Shown here: in pieces, positions 18,616-28,286 of the stretch
Layout: every line of letters starts with the position of its first letter
Numbering within the stretch: the first letter of the stretch is position 1
Assembly (NCBI GenBank): GCA_964624405.1
Contig: CAZUXA010000013.1
Location: 3,829-67,828, forward strand
Length of the DNA: 64,000 nt
Direction of reading: 5' to 3'
Source: an uncultured bacterium
Lineage (GTDB): Bacteria > Fermentibacterota > Fermentibacteria > Fermentibacterales > JCC-6
Notes under the pieces: generated by a model
Databases searched by the model: none
What the model saw: only the letters and a program-made list of their open reading frames with translations
Told to the model about the DNA's origin: nothing
Position numbers and translations under genes: made by a program

Positions 18616-20085
18616 CTATGACTCGCTCACCACCCGGAAATGGTGGCCGTAGATGGCCATGGTAATCGCCCGGGGAAAAAGCCGTGGTCTGTGAAAAAGT
18701 GTCCAGACCCACATGCGCCAGTAGTGAAGGCGCTCCGGGCCCATAATGCCCAACCGGTAGATGGAGCGCCAGAACGCCATGAGATGGGCGCGGTCTTTTT
18801 CTACACCTACCTTTGGAGGCTTGTACTCACGAAGGAATGTTATGACCCGGTCGTAATACATCCCGGGTGAGTAGATTTGCCTGAGTACACTTTTATAGCC
18901 CTCCTTTAAGGCTTTAAGATCCATGACCGGGATAATGTTGGTTGAGCCGTCGGCATTGTCACCGGACATTTCGGTGTTCAGCCGCCCTTCCCTCTCCATA
19001 CGCCTGTAGAGACGGGTACCATGAGGCGCCTGCAGAAGCCCCACCATGGCGGTCACGATGCCGCTGTTCTGGATGAAATCGATCTGTTGCTGGAAAATTG
19101 AAGATGTGTCACTGTCGAAGCCAAGTATGAAGCCGCCCTGCACCTCCAGTCCCGCCCTCTGGATTTTCCTGACGCTGTGGAGAAGGTTGCGGCCCCTGTT
19201 CTGGGCTTTGTCGCACTCAAGAAGGCCTTTCTCATCGGGGGTTTCAATTCCGACAAAAACCGTGTTGAACCCCGCCTCGACCATAAGGCGCATCAGTTGG
19301 TCGTCATCGGCAAGGTTGATGGACACCTCGGTGTTGAAGGGCATTCCCTTCTTGCCCCGGCGCCATCTTACAACAGCGGGAAGAACCTCTTCCCTGAGCT
19401 GCCTCCTGTTGCCGATGAAGTTGTCGTCCACGACGAACACCGCTCCCCGCCAGCCCAGGGTGTAAAGGGTGTCAAGCTCCGCTATGAACTGCGGTGCGGT
19501 TTTCGTTCGGGGGGTTTTGCCGAACATGCTGGTGATGTTGCAGAACTCGCAGGCGAAGGGGCAGCCCCGTGAGAACTGAATGTTCATGGTGGCGTACTGC
19601 TTCATGTCCGCAAGCTCCCACATGGGAGTCGGCGTGTTTCGAATGTCCGGATGCTCTGTGGAAGTGTACAGGGGCTTAGGCTCTCCGCGATTCAGGTCCG
19701 CCAGGAACAGAGGCAGAGTAACCTCCGCTTCGTTCAGTACGAAATGATCGACCCCGGGGAATGATTTGTGCTCTCCGGTGAACAGCGGACCGCCGGCTAC
19801 CACCTTCAGCCCCGCGGTCACACAGCGGCGGATAACCCGGTGGGCATCGTCACGCTGGATGACCATGGCGCTGACATAGGCATGATCGGCCCACAGCAGG
19901 TCGTCTTCGCTGAGGTGGGTGACATTCAGGTCAACCAGGCGCTTGCCCCAGTCCGAAGGAAGCATTGCAGCCACAGTCAGAAGCCCCAGCGGAGGTGTTC
20001 CCGTCTTCTTCCCTATGAATTTCAGCGCGTGCTTTAGGCCCCAGAAGGTGTCGGTAAACTCGGGGTAAATCAGCAATACATTCAC
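18616..20085 (-). CDS. B12-binding radical SAM protein
   Basis: N-terminal B12-binding Rossmann region, radical-SAM CxxxCxxC (FSRGCPFACEFCN), ~490 aa with a DUF4070-like tail. Confidence 0.8.
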   Translation of the reverse strand: MNVLLIYPEFTDTFWGLKHALKFIGKKTGTPPLGLLTVAAMLPSDWGKRLVDLNVTHLSEDDLLWADHAYVSAMVIQRDDAHRVIRRCVTAGLKVVAGGPLFTGEHKSFPGVDHFVLNEAEVTLPLFLADLNRGEPKPLYTSTEHPDIRNTPTPMWELADMKQYATMNIQFSRGCPFACEFCNITSMFGKTPRTKTAPQFIAELDTLYTLGWRGAVFVVDDNFIGNRRQLREEVLPAVVRWRRGKKGMPFNTEVSINLADDDQLMRLMVEAGFNTVFVGIETPDEKGLLECDKAQNRGRNLLHSVRKIQRAGLEVQGGFILGFDSDTSSIFQQQIDFIQNSGIVTAMVGLLQAPHGTRLYRRMEREGRLNTEMSGDNADGSTNIIPVMDLKALKEGYKSVLRQIYSPGMYYDRVITFLREYKPPKVGVEKDRAHLMAFWRSIYRLGIMGPERLHYWRMWVWTLFHRPRLFPRAITMAIYGHHFRVVSES

Positions 20086-20166
20086 ATCGTCATCCTTGTA
20101 TTTTTATATCTATCGCTTTTATTTAGCATAACATATTTGACGTTCCGTGTCAATGCGTGAAAACCG

Positions 20167-20181
20167 CCATTGTATCAATGG
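20167..20181. promoter_or_regulatory. perfect palindrome CCATTG-TAT-CAATGG in the AT-rich 5' region of the B12-rSAM gene
   Basis: 6-3-6 inverted repeat read directly. A second TTGAC-N7-GTCAA inverted repeat lies at about 20138-20154. Confidence 0.3.
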
Positions 20182-20246
20182 ATAAGCGGCGCGAGAAGAA
20201 GAACGCCACTGAACCGTGAGTTACGGCCCGTGTTCCGCAGGGCCTG

Positions 20247-21866
20247 TCATGGGAATGGTCCACCCCTTGAGATTCCGAGGATCATCGTTCCACTGATGGA
20301 GATGGTGTCCATCGCGGGAGGATCGGGAAAACCCGTTTCGGCAAGAAGAAGCCTCAAGGCATTGTCGGGGGGCGTTGTTCCCACGAGCCCGCTGAAATGC
20401 CGGTCGAGGTGAACGGGCCGTCCGGCCTTTGAGAGACGATTGACAACTCCGACAGACACCGGCCAAAGCTCCCTCGGCAGCGGTTCGAGATACCATTCCC
20501 GCCCCGGGTTACCGGCAAGAAAGGCATCAAGGTCTTCGGATAGCTTCTCAACCCTCTGGTCTGAGTATGCCAGCGGATCGTAAACGCCGCTGCCGAAAAT
20601 CCCAAGGGTTTTCACCAGAATGAATCCCGGTGGCAGAATGAGAAGGGTGATAATGAGGCGGAGCGCACCGGAGCCCTTCAATGTTCCGCCCCGTAAAGAC
20701 GCCACCGCCAGGACTATCACGATCCATGAAAGGGGCGAAGTAACCGAATACCATGAGAACAGGTAATCCTGAAGGTCGCCCCTTACCTGGAGAACACCGA
20801 AGAACATCGCTGCGTGCCCAACAAGAAGCAGAACCGACAGGGATCTCATGAACCGTCCCCTCGTCTTTCCGCCGGGAAGGAACAGGCAACCCGCAAGGGC
20901 GACGATTCTCAGCAGGGCAAACATGAAAACCACTTCCAGGAGAATGCCCCTGGCCCGCAGAAGCCTTGGAAAAAGCAGCATGGTCTCGGTGGCCATAACG
21001 GCGCCGGACCACTCCCTCGCCGCGACCCTGAGCGGAACCCGGGCGGCGGTATCACCGAGGAATCCGACTATCCTGGTCAGATTACCCTCACCTGCACCGA
21101 ACTCCTGGACCAGGGAAGGGAGCCACACCGCAAAACCGAGAACCGCGGTCAGCATCAGCGGTCTTGATCGGAACCACCGGGGGGATTCGCTTCCTGTGCC
21201 GTTCAGTCGCCGGATGACCAGAGCCGCCAACGCGAGTGCAAGGACAACCGGGACCCCCCCCAAATGGGTCTGGGCAACAAGGGACCCTGTGAGGACCGCA
21301 ACGGGCATCCACCTGTCGTCCCCGGCTCCGACTGCGGCGCATGCCAGAGAATAAAGAAGGAATGGGAATATAATGACGAAAGGGTTCCAATCCCTCAACC
21401 AGACGGTCCAGGGGGTCATAACAAGGTACACCGAGAGAAGAAGGCAGCACAGAATCGTTACGGATCCCCGGCAGAACCTGCCCAGAACGAGAACGGACCC
21501 GGCCAGGGAAGCGGCTATGAGAAGCGGGACAGTGATGTAGGAAGAGGATGAGGAACAGCCGGACAGGTAGTACGCCGGAAGCCGGAGAAGAAGGTAGGCC
21601 GGCCCGGGGTGGTTGAACCCGAACCGGGAGTAGGGTCCCAGAACAGCCCGCCCCTCCCGGATATTGCGGGTGGAGATATCCTGCATCGCCAGGTCTCCCT
21701 CCACTGCAAGGTCGGGAACACCGGAAACCATCACCCTTGCGCAAACCAGCAGCAGAGGCGCAAGCAGCAGCCCGGGGGCAATCCAGGAAAGCAGTTTTGC
21801 GGAGTAAGATCCTGCGGGTATCATGGTGCTTGAATATTCAGTCAACCCGCATGAGTCAAGGTTCAT
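20247..21866 (-). CDS. large polytopic membrane protein (glycosyltransferase-like?), hypothetical
   Basis: 539 aa with at least 12 hydrophobic segments. No catalytic motif recognised. Confidence 0.5.
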   Translation of the reverse strand: MNLDSCGLTEYSSTMIPAGSYSAKLLSWIAPGLLLAPLLLVCARVMVSGVPDLAVEGDLAMQDISTRNIREGRAVLGPYSRFGFNHPGPAYLLLRLPAYYLSGCSSSSSYITVPLLIAASLAGSVLVLGRFCRGSVTILCCLLLSVYLVMTPWTVWLRDWNPFVIIFPFLLYSLACAAVGAGDDRWMPVAVLTGSLVAQTHLGGVPVVLALALAALVIRRLNGTGSESPRWFRSRPLMLTAVLGFAVWLPSLVQEFGAGEGNLTRIVGFLGDTAARVPLRVAAREWSGAVMATETMLLFPRLLRARGILLEVVFMFALLRIVALAGCLFLPGGKTRGRFMRSLSVLLLVGHAAMFFGVLQVRGDLQDYLFSWYSVTSPLSWIVIVLAVASLRGGTLKGSGALRLIITLLILPPGFILVKTLGIFGSGVYDPLAYSDQRVEKLSEDLDAFLAGNPGREWYLEPLPRELWPVSVGVVNRLSKAGRPVHLDRHFSGLVGTTPPDNALRLLLAETGFPDPPAMDTISISGTMILGISRGGPFP

Positions 21867-21923
21867 TGCGGTGATGGGCAGGCGAACCAGGGAGGCGGTT
21901 AGCGGCTCAGCGGATTCTCCTGT

Positions 21924-22706
21924 TCACGGGAACCTGTTTCCAGGCTTCTCCGCCACAAGAGTCAAATAGTCTCTTCCCTTCTCATAGGGTTTCGCGCCAA
22001 GGTCGCCATGGGGCACAACCGGGGAGAATCCGTGAACAGACAACAGCTCCATGTATTCTTCAGTGCTGTACAACCGCATTCCGTAGGAGTACTCCCTGCG
22101 GTCGGTACCTTTGATTACGATCCAGCGTGTGGTGTTCCAGGTCCAATCCCGGCTGGCTGTCGCTTCTTCCAATCTGATGGTTCCGTCCGCTTCCTCAAAC
22201 CAGTATCTGGACTGTCCGGACGGTCTGCCGGTCCTGATGAGTTCACGGGGAGTGCCCTGAAGAAGAAGCCTGCCGCCATGCCGCAGGGATTGAAAGCAAT
22301 TGCTGATGACCTTCGCGTCATCTTCCGGATCTTCAAAGTACCCGAAGGAATTGTACATCATAATGATATGATCGAAGCTCTCGCGTTCCACGAACTCCCG
22401 CATATCAGCACACAGGAACCGGGTTTTGGTGTCCGCCCCTTCAGCCTTTCCCAAGGCTTCAGCGATGAACCTGGAATTCAGGTCAACACCGGTCACTTTG
22501 TATCCGAGCCGGGCAAGCGGCAGTGAATGTCTGCCAAACCCGCACGCCAGATCAAGAATCGAATCACCCGGTTTCATCTGGAGAAGAGTTGAGATATGCC
22601 CGGCGGCGGTCTCGGACATCTCGACTCGTTTCTCGGGCCAGATGAATGAGCGATTGGCTTCCCAGTACTCATGATCGGAAAACCAGTCTTTGGAAGGTTT
22701 CTCCAA
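21924..22706 (-). CDS. class I SAM-dependent methyltransferase
   Basis: Motif I ILDLACGFGRHSLPLA and motif II/III spacing. 260 aa. Confidence 0.8.
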   Translation of the reverse strand: MEKPSKDWFSDHEYWEANRSFIWPEKRVEMSETAAGHISTLLQMKPGDSILDLACGFGRHSLPLARLGYKVTGVDLNSRFIAEALGKAEGADTKTRFLCADMREFVERESFDHIIMMYNSFGYFEDPEDDAKVISNCFQSLRHGGRLLLQGTPRELIRTGRPSGQSRYWFEEADGTIRLEEATASRDWTWNTTRWIVIKGTDRREYSYGMRLYSTEEYMELLSVHGFSPVVPHGDLGAKPYEKGRDYLTLVAEKPGNRFP

Positions 22707-22769
22707 TCAACACTCCTTTCACAAATCGAGTCGGGCGAGGTTCGCGGGTTGCCGGGGTGCCTCTACCCT

Positions 22770-23954
22770 TTAGTTCGGTGCTTCGTCGATCGCGGAGTGC
22801 TTGTCTCGAATCGCATCGGCCAGTTTGTCAAGGGCCGAAAATGTGTCATTGCGCGGAAGTCCCTTGCACAGAACGGTGCCCAGGATGTCTACCTTGAGAT
22901 TCGGTATAAGACCGGAGATCTGCTCCACGGCTTTGGTCCCCCACCCGTAGGAACCGATGACTGCCGCGTACTTAAGTTTGGGACGGAGCGCGTTGGCCAG
23001 ATGCGTTGCTGAGAACACACTTGGATGAGGCCCGACATGAACCGTAGGCGTGCCGATAACGATGGTCGCCGCATCCACCAGCGCCATCGCAAGTTTCCCG
23101 ATGTCGGTGGTTGAAAGCTCAAACTCCTGGACCTTGACTCCTCGCTCAGAAAGGGCGGTGACGAGGTAGGTTACCATCATTTCAGTGCTTCCGTGCATCG
23201 AGATGTAAGGAAGAACAACAAGGTTCGATACCCGGTCGGAAACCCAGTCCTCGTAGGCTGACAGTATGCATTCCGGGTTGTCATAGATCGGTCCGTGACT
23301 CGGCGCGATGAGGTCAAAGGCGCATGCGCGAACCTTCGAGATGTTGGTCTGTATCGTCTTGCGGAAAGGCATCATGATTTCGGCGTAGTACCGCTTGGCC
23401 GCTTCGCAAATGTATGGTTCGCTGCCGGCGTACAGATCGGTTGTGGCCAGGTGGGAGCCGAAAAAGTCGCACGAAAACAGTATCCTGTCTTCGGGAAGGT
23501 GTGTGACCATGGTCTCCGGCCAATGGACCCACGGTGTGTGGATGAAGCGCAGAGTCTTGTCGCCAAGTGAAAGCGTCTCGCCGTCCTCGACTGTCCTGAT
23601 TCTCTCCGGCTGTACGTCCAGATGATCCACGAGCATCTGCCTGGCCTTCATCGTGCAAACCAGCAGGGCATCGGGGTACTTGCTCATGACGGCAGGTATG
23701 GTGCCGGAATGATCCTGCTCCGCGTGGTGTGATACCAGATAGTCAATCCGTTCCACTCCAGCCAGTTGATGCATGAGAACGCCGGACATGGCTGGATCCA
23801 CCGTATCGAGCAGAGCGGTCTTTGCCGATCCCTGGACGAGGTATGCGTTGTAACTCGTTCCATCCGGCAGTGGAATAAGTGAGTCAAAAAGACGGCGATT
23901 CCAGTCAACCGCACCCATCCAGTGGATGCCCTCACGGATCTGCCTCGGCTTCAT
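22770..23954 (-). CDS. fprA: flavodiiron protein (FprA / rubredoxin:oxygen oxidoreductase family)
   Basis: Metallo-beta-lactamase-like diiron motif (SHHAEQDHSGTIP) followed by a C-terminal flavodoxin domain. 394 aa. Confidence 0.85.
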   Translation of the reverse strand: MKPRQIREGIHWMGAVDWNRRLFDSLIPLPDGTSYNAYLVQGSAKTALLDTVDPAMSGVLMHQLAGVERIDYLVSHHAEQDHSGTIPAVMSKYPDALLVCTMKARQMLVDHLDVQPERIRTVEDGETLSLGDKTLRFIHTPWVHWPETMVTHLPEDRILFSCDFFGSHLATTDLYAGSEPYICEAAKRYYAEIMMPFRKTIQTNISKVRACAFDLIAPSHGPIYDNPECILSAYEDWVSDRVSNLVVLPYISMHGSTEMMVTYLVTALSERGVKVQEFELSTTDIGKLAMALVDAATIVIGTPTVHVGPHPSVFSATHLANALRPKLKYAAVIGSYGWGTKAVEQISGLIPNLKVDILGTVLCKGLPRNDTFSALDKLADAIRDKHSAIDEAPN

Positions 23955-24228
23955 CGCGTTCTCCTTTCGATGTTTGCACCGGCGCTGAAAATCAACACAC
24001 TGTTAACATAGTCTCAGTTCTGTCAGCAGTGCTGCAGGGAGAGTCTGCCCAGGAAACGTCACACATCGAGTAGTATTCTGCGCGGAAGGCTGTTTGAAGG
24101 AAACCCGGAGAATAGGCCACTGAGATACGAACTTCTGCATGGCCCGTCTCCCTTGCCCCGCGGCTGAGCGGGCGGGATAATACCTTTAACAGTAACCCTC
24201 GAGGAAGAATTGAAAACCGGAAGGTATC

Positions 24229-24531
24229 ATGGAAGCTCACCAGGGATTCCAGACGGTGGATGGGCACGTGGACGCAGGCGAGATAAGGATCTATGCCCTG
24301 TCCACATGCGGTTTCTGCAGGCGCGCAATCGCCTTTTTGAAGGAAAAGGGAGTGAGGTTCAGCTACATGCATGTGGATGAACTGCCCCCGGACGAGAAAC
24401 AGAGCGTGAAGGACATGATCAGAGAAAGATACGGAAAGCCGCTTCAATATCCCTTCCTGGTTCACAACGGCACCATCACCCTCACCGGTTTCGACCGTAC
24501 ACAGTGGAGCCGAATGCTGGGGCTCTCATGA
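24229..24531 (+). CDS. glutaredoxin-like thioredoxin-fold protein
   Basis: CGFC active-site motif in a ~100-aa thioredoxin fold. Confidence 0.7.
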   Translation: MEAHQGFQTVDGHVDAGEIRIYALSTCGFCRRAIAFLKEKGVRFSYMHVDELPPDEKQSVKDMIRERYGKPLQYPFLVHNGTITLTGFDRTQWSRMLGLS

Positions 24532-24857
24532 GCCGGGAAACGGTACCTGAGGCCAGGCGTTTCGCAGAAATGGTCGCGTCCAGGCAGGGCTGGAGGCTGA
24601 ACCCCGACACCGAATTCATTGAATTTCTATTTGAAGGCCTTGCAAAGAACAGTCGCCGATACGGCTACTACTCATGCCCCTGCCGTGATGCCCATGGTGA
24701 GAGAGCCCGTGACTCCGACATAATCTGCCCCTGCGCCTACTGCAGGCCGGACCAGGAAGAATACGGCCACTGCTACTGCGGCCTGTTCCTCACCGAAAAG
24801 TTCGCCCAGGGCGGCGGCCAACCGGTCTCCATTCCCGAAAGAAGGCCCGGGGAATAG
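24504..24857 (+). CDS. ferredoxin:thioredoxin reductase catalytic-subunit-like protein (ferredoxin:disulfide reductase)
   Basis: CPC...C-x-C...CxxC...HC Cys cluster (SCPCRD, ICPCAYCRPD, HCYCG) typical of the FTR catalytic beta chain. Overlaps and couples with the upstream glutaredoxin-like gene. Confidence 0.7.
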   Translation: MEPNAGALMSRETVPEARRFAEMVASRQGWRLNPDTEFIEFLFEGLAKNSRRYGYYSCPCRDAHGERARDSDIICPCAYCRPDQEEYGHCYCGLFLTEKFAQGGGQPVSIPERRPGE

Positions 24858-24922
24858 CCTGCAGGATTAACCTCGCTGAAGAAATCACCGCAATTCCCTG
24901 GTGCACAGCCAGAAACGCCGCC

Positions 24923-25435
24923 CTACCGCCCCGCAAAAAAGAGCCAGACCATGTAGACGGCCAGACTGACAACCCCCGCGATCAATCCCAAGACCAGGAT
25001 CGCCCTGGCCAGGTTCTTCCGGGCGGGACATGTCCGGGACCCGAACGACCAGACCAGAAGCAGCACCAGGTTCACCACCGGGATCGCGCACAGCAGCAGG
25101 AAGAGGAAGTACTGGCCCACCGTCAGGGCCTTTCCCTCCGGGGTCGGCACCGCTGGCGGCGGAGCGGGGGAAGCCGGTTCGACACGGGCTTTCGGGACTT
25201 CCGCCGGCACAGGGACATCCGGGGGATCCGGGGGAGGAGGTGCAGGAGGTGGTGGGGAATCCTTCTGAGGAAAGAGCCCTTCAACACCCTTTCCCGGAAC
25301 CCATCCGGAAGTGGCTTCGGACCAGACCCGGTCTTCCGGCTGGATATCTCCGGCAAGCGCCTGTTCCTGAAGCTGCTCCCGGGTGAAGGGTCCCCTGCGC
25401 TGCTGTTCCTTGTAGACATACCAATCGTCGGCCAT
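24923..25435 (-). CDS. DUF4339 (GYF-like) domain protein with proline-rich linker and C-terminal TM segments
   Basis: WYV-x-x-EQ-x-GPFTREQL...VW-x-E-x-x-GW motif, PPPPAPPPP linker, two TM helices. Start set at ATG 25435 (GGGAG RBS upstream). The upstream 144-aa extension of the ORF track was rejected. Confidence 0.5.
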   Translation of the reverse strand: MADDWYVYKEQQRRGPFTREQLQEQALAGDIQPEDRVWSEATSGWVPGKGVEGLFPQKDSPPPPAPPPPDPPDVPVPAEVPKARVEPASPAPPPAVPTPEGKALTVGQYFLFLLLCAIPVVNLVLLLVWSFGSRTCPARKNLARAILVLGLIAGVVSLAVYMVWLFFAGR

Positions 25436-25643
25436 CCGGTACTCCCTTCGTCGCCCGCCGGTAAACAGAATTCCTGTTTTCAATATGCGCCCCGGCACCG
25501 GGGGAGTTCGCCCTGACCGAAGCCCCGGTTTTCTCTTGTCCCACCTCTTTACCATCTCCCGCAGCGACGCCGGGTGCCAATGCTTGACCGTAAGCGACGG
25601 GGAAAGCATCATCCTTCGATGAAGCACATGGATAGGGGGTAGG

Positions 25644-26069
25644 ATGTCCATTCTCGAGATTGTCCTGGTGATGGCCATGGTGATGACCACAGGTCCAGGA
25701 GGGGAACAGGCCACGGAAGAAAATACTCCGGCGTTCGTTGCAGCAGACGCGGAACCCATCCATTTCAACGGCCTGGAATGGCGTGTCGGTCCGGACCGGG
25801 ACCTGCGCTGGGACGAGGCCCGGAGCTGGGCCGACAGCCTTGGGAAAGGTTGGCGACTGCCTTCCATCGAGGAACTGGAAGGGCTGTACGAAGCCGGAGT
25901 GTCCGTGGAGGCCTGGGGTCCGTTCCAATGCGGCGGCGAATGGGTTTGGGCCGACTTTCCGGGAGCATGGAGTTTCCTGCACGGAGACGGTGTCGGCTAC
26001 CCCACAGGAATGGAACCTTCCACAGATCATCGGACCTTCGCGGTTCGCACAGCTGGAGGGCACGATTAG
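25644..26069 (+). CDS. DUF1566 (Lcl C-terminal-like) domain protein
   Basis: WRLPSIEELEGLY motif preceded by W-x-x-A-x-x-W, characteristic of DUF1566. Confidence 0.5.
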   Translation: MSILEIVLVMAMVMTTGPGGEQATEENTPAFVAADAEPIHFNGLEWRVGPDRDLRWDEARSWADSLGKGWRLPSIEELEGLYEAGVSVEAWGPFQCGGEWVWADFPGAWSFLHGDGVGYPTGMEPSTDHRTFAVRTAGGHD

Positions 26070-26350
26070 TGACTGCCGGGGATGGCCCATTCATCCTGTG
26101 ACGGTCACGGTCTCCGGTGAACACACACACGCGGTATCACCATCCGCGTTCGCCCGCAATTCAAACCAGGCATTGACCCACTAAAAAAGATAACCTATCG
26201 TTTTCCCGGTTTGTTTATCGGAAGCGGCCTGCGGGGTATTCGGCTTCACAATGCACCCGCTGGCTGGTGTTGATTTGCGTTTGGCTCATCCTTGGAACAG
26301 GGAACTCAAGTCGCCGAAAAATGCTGTGTTCGGTTAGCTGTAGGAGGATC

Positions 26351-27082
26351 ATGACATTTGCGCTCCGCAGGGATTCAAGGCTTCCCCTTTTCCTCCCGCT
26401 CCTTCTGCTTGTTCCCGGCTCTGCCTTCTGTGCCCCTCTCGTTTCCCATGAAAGGCTGATTCCCCTTGTGGTGCTGCCCGGGACTGTCTGTCTTCTCCTG
26501 AGCTTCCTTACGGGAAAGGTGGGCACATGGCTCCGTCTTGCCTTCAAGCTGTACGCGGGGTGGCTGATGGCTTCCCTGGCGGTGGAAAGGGTTCTGACCC
26601 TGGTTTTCGGATACCCCTTTCACGGTTTCGGCCCCTTGTTCTTCGCTTCCCTTCCCGCAACAGCGCTGATCATCTACCTGCTTGCAAGACGCATCGCCTC
26701 GGAGCCCGGAACCCCCCCAACTGGGGAGACATGCTGGTTTCTTGCATCTCTCTCTTCGGCGGCCCTGGTGGTTCTATTGCTGGGGTTCATGGTGGTTTAC
26801 GCGATTCCCGTGGCCGGATGGATAATGGGAGAGGGAGAGAGGGCAGCCGCGAGGGAGTACGGTCGGGGAGTCTCCCGCGCCAGTGTGGGTGTCTGCTACG
26901 GTGTCATGGCTCCCCTGGCGATGCTGGTGGCATCGATCGCTGCTTTCACTAACCGAGTTGCCCTCCGGGACCGGCAGGCGAACAAGCTTGCCCATCCCTC
27001 AAGGTTATCTCCCGTGACGGCAATAGCCATAATACTGCTTGTCTTCTTCCTGGTGGAACTCCAGGAATGCGCGGGTCATTAA
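26351..27082 (+). CDS. hypothetical membrane protein (about 7 TM)
   Basis: AGGAGG RBS at 26343-26348, then ATG 26351. Hydrophobic throughout. No family recognised. Confidence 0.45.
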   Translation: MTFALRRDSRLPLFLPLLLLVPGSAFCAPLVSHERLIPLVVLPGTVCLLLSFLTGKVGTWLRLAFKLYAGWLMASLAVERVLTLVFGYPFHGFGPLFFASLPATALIIYLLARRIASEPGTPPTGETCWFLASLSSAALVVLLLGFMVVYAIPVAGWIMGEGERAAAREYGRGVSRASVGVCYGVMAPLAMLVASIAAFTNRVALRDRQANKLAHPSRLSPVTAIAIILLVFFLVELQECAGH

Positions 27083-27323
27083 ACCGTGCTTCTCTGTGCG
27101 CCGTGGGGCGCATCATTTCCAGCGGGTGCGAATCCCGCCTGACAACTGTCGCTCCTGCCATTCCGGGGCAAACTTTCCAGCCCCTGTTCTTCAGTCAGTC
27201 GTCTTTTCCATGAGATAAGCACAGTCAATGCAAGATCCCTGCATTCGTCACAACGGCAGAAGGGTGATTCTCATCAGTCAATCTCCAGACGAATCTGATT
27301 CAAATCCGAAAATGGGAATCGAA

Positions 27324-28066
27324 TCAACCTACCTGCCCGGCAGTTCCGTCCCGTGACTCATGATCTCGATATAGCCCGCGTAACTGCAAAGCCGGTTGCG
27401 TTTCCGGGCGGTCAGCTCCTTGACGTTGCCGAGCTGCTCCAGATGACCAAGCACCTTGTTGACCGTGGCCGGGGTTAAGCCGGTCTTTTCCACCAGCGAG
27501 CCCGAGGTGGCGATGGGATGCTCCATTAGTGCCCGGTGGACCTGCAGGGTGGATGCAGCCGCCCGGCCGAGTGCCACCTATCCAGTTCTGGCTGCGCCGA
27601 AACTCCCCCGGAGTCTGATTGCTGCCACGACCCTTGGTCAGCAGCACGCCATGAACCTCGCGGAACAGCCGCAGCGACAGCGGCAGCCCTTCCTCCAAAA
27701 GGCGCAGACCGTGGTCGAGGGCCGCAGCATAGTTGCTGACCTCCCGTACGTCATCCAGTGGCACGCCGGGTGCCTGATCCAGCTCGAACAGCAGCAGGTC
27801 GTACAGCGACGATTGAGTCCCCTCGATCATGGAGGAGAGTACCGCTTCCTTGCGGACGTACATGTAGAGGAACAGCGAGGTGTCCGGCAGCAGGGTCGAA
27901 ACGCTGTCAAGACGTCCAAGCGCCAGTAATGCCTGGTCGACTCGCTGCGCAGCTCCGGCGTCCAGTCGATGGGTGGACGTGGCGGCAGCGGCGCGGGCAC
28001 GAATGCCTGGGCCTTCTCACCCTCCATCGATATGGTCACATATCTGCCTTGGAGTTCCCGCTTCAT
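27324..28066 (-). pseudogene. Fic/Doc family protein, disrupted by at least 2 frameshifts
   Basis: Three consecutive minus-strand ORF fragments. 27827-28066 is Fic N-terminus (AFVPAPLPP), 27324-27863 carries SMIEGTQSS...PGEFRRSQNWIGGTRPG, and 27329-27577 is the C-terminal winged-helix segment. The frame breaks right after NWIGGxRPG. No intact HPFx[DE]GNGR core is recovered. Confidence 0.6.
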
Positions 28067-28286
28067 CCCGCCTGCCTCGAACCTGAAACAGGATTTTACC
28101 TTTATTTTACCTTCAGTAGATATCCTATAGTATGGAATCGGGAAGCAAATAACACGCGTGTTTCCTGAACGAACACTTCGATTCCCTCAGACAAGAGTTC
28201 GACGCTGAGACGCATGTGATAAGCGAACAAGAGTGTTTGAGAATGGATTGCTCTCGGTTGCTCTTCCTCGGCTGTTGATGAGGACT

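Noticed and set aside
25436-25867. N-terminal 144-aa extension of the DUF4339 ORF (24923-25867)
   Set aside because: It is Arg/Pro-rich low-complexity with no domain. A good GGGAG RBS precedes ATG 25435, where the conserved WYV-x-x-EQ domain starts.
26121-26130. (CA)5 microsatellite
   Set aside because: Too short to be a meaningful contingency locus. Only noted as part of the island remnant.
27124-27139. tRNA T-arm-like string GGGTGCGAATCCCGCC near the island
   Set aside because: It is in the opposite orientation to ssrA, so it is not an att direct repeat. No acceptor-stem pairing or full tRNA fold could be built around it.
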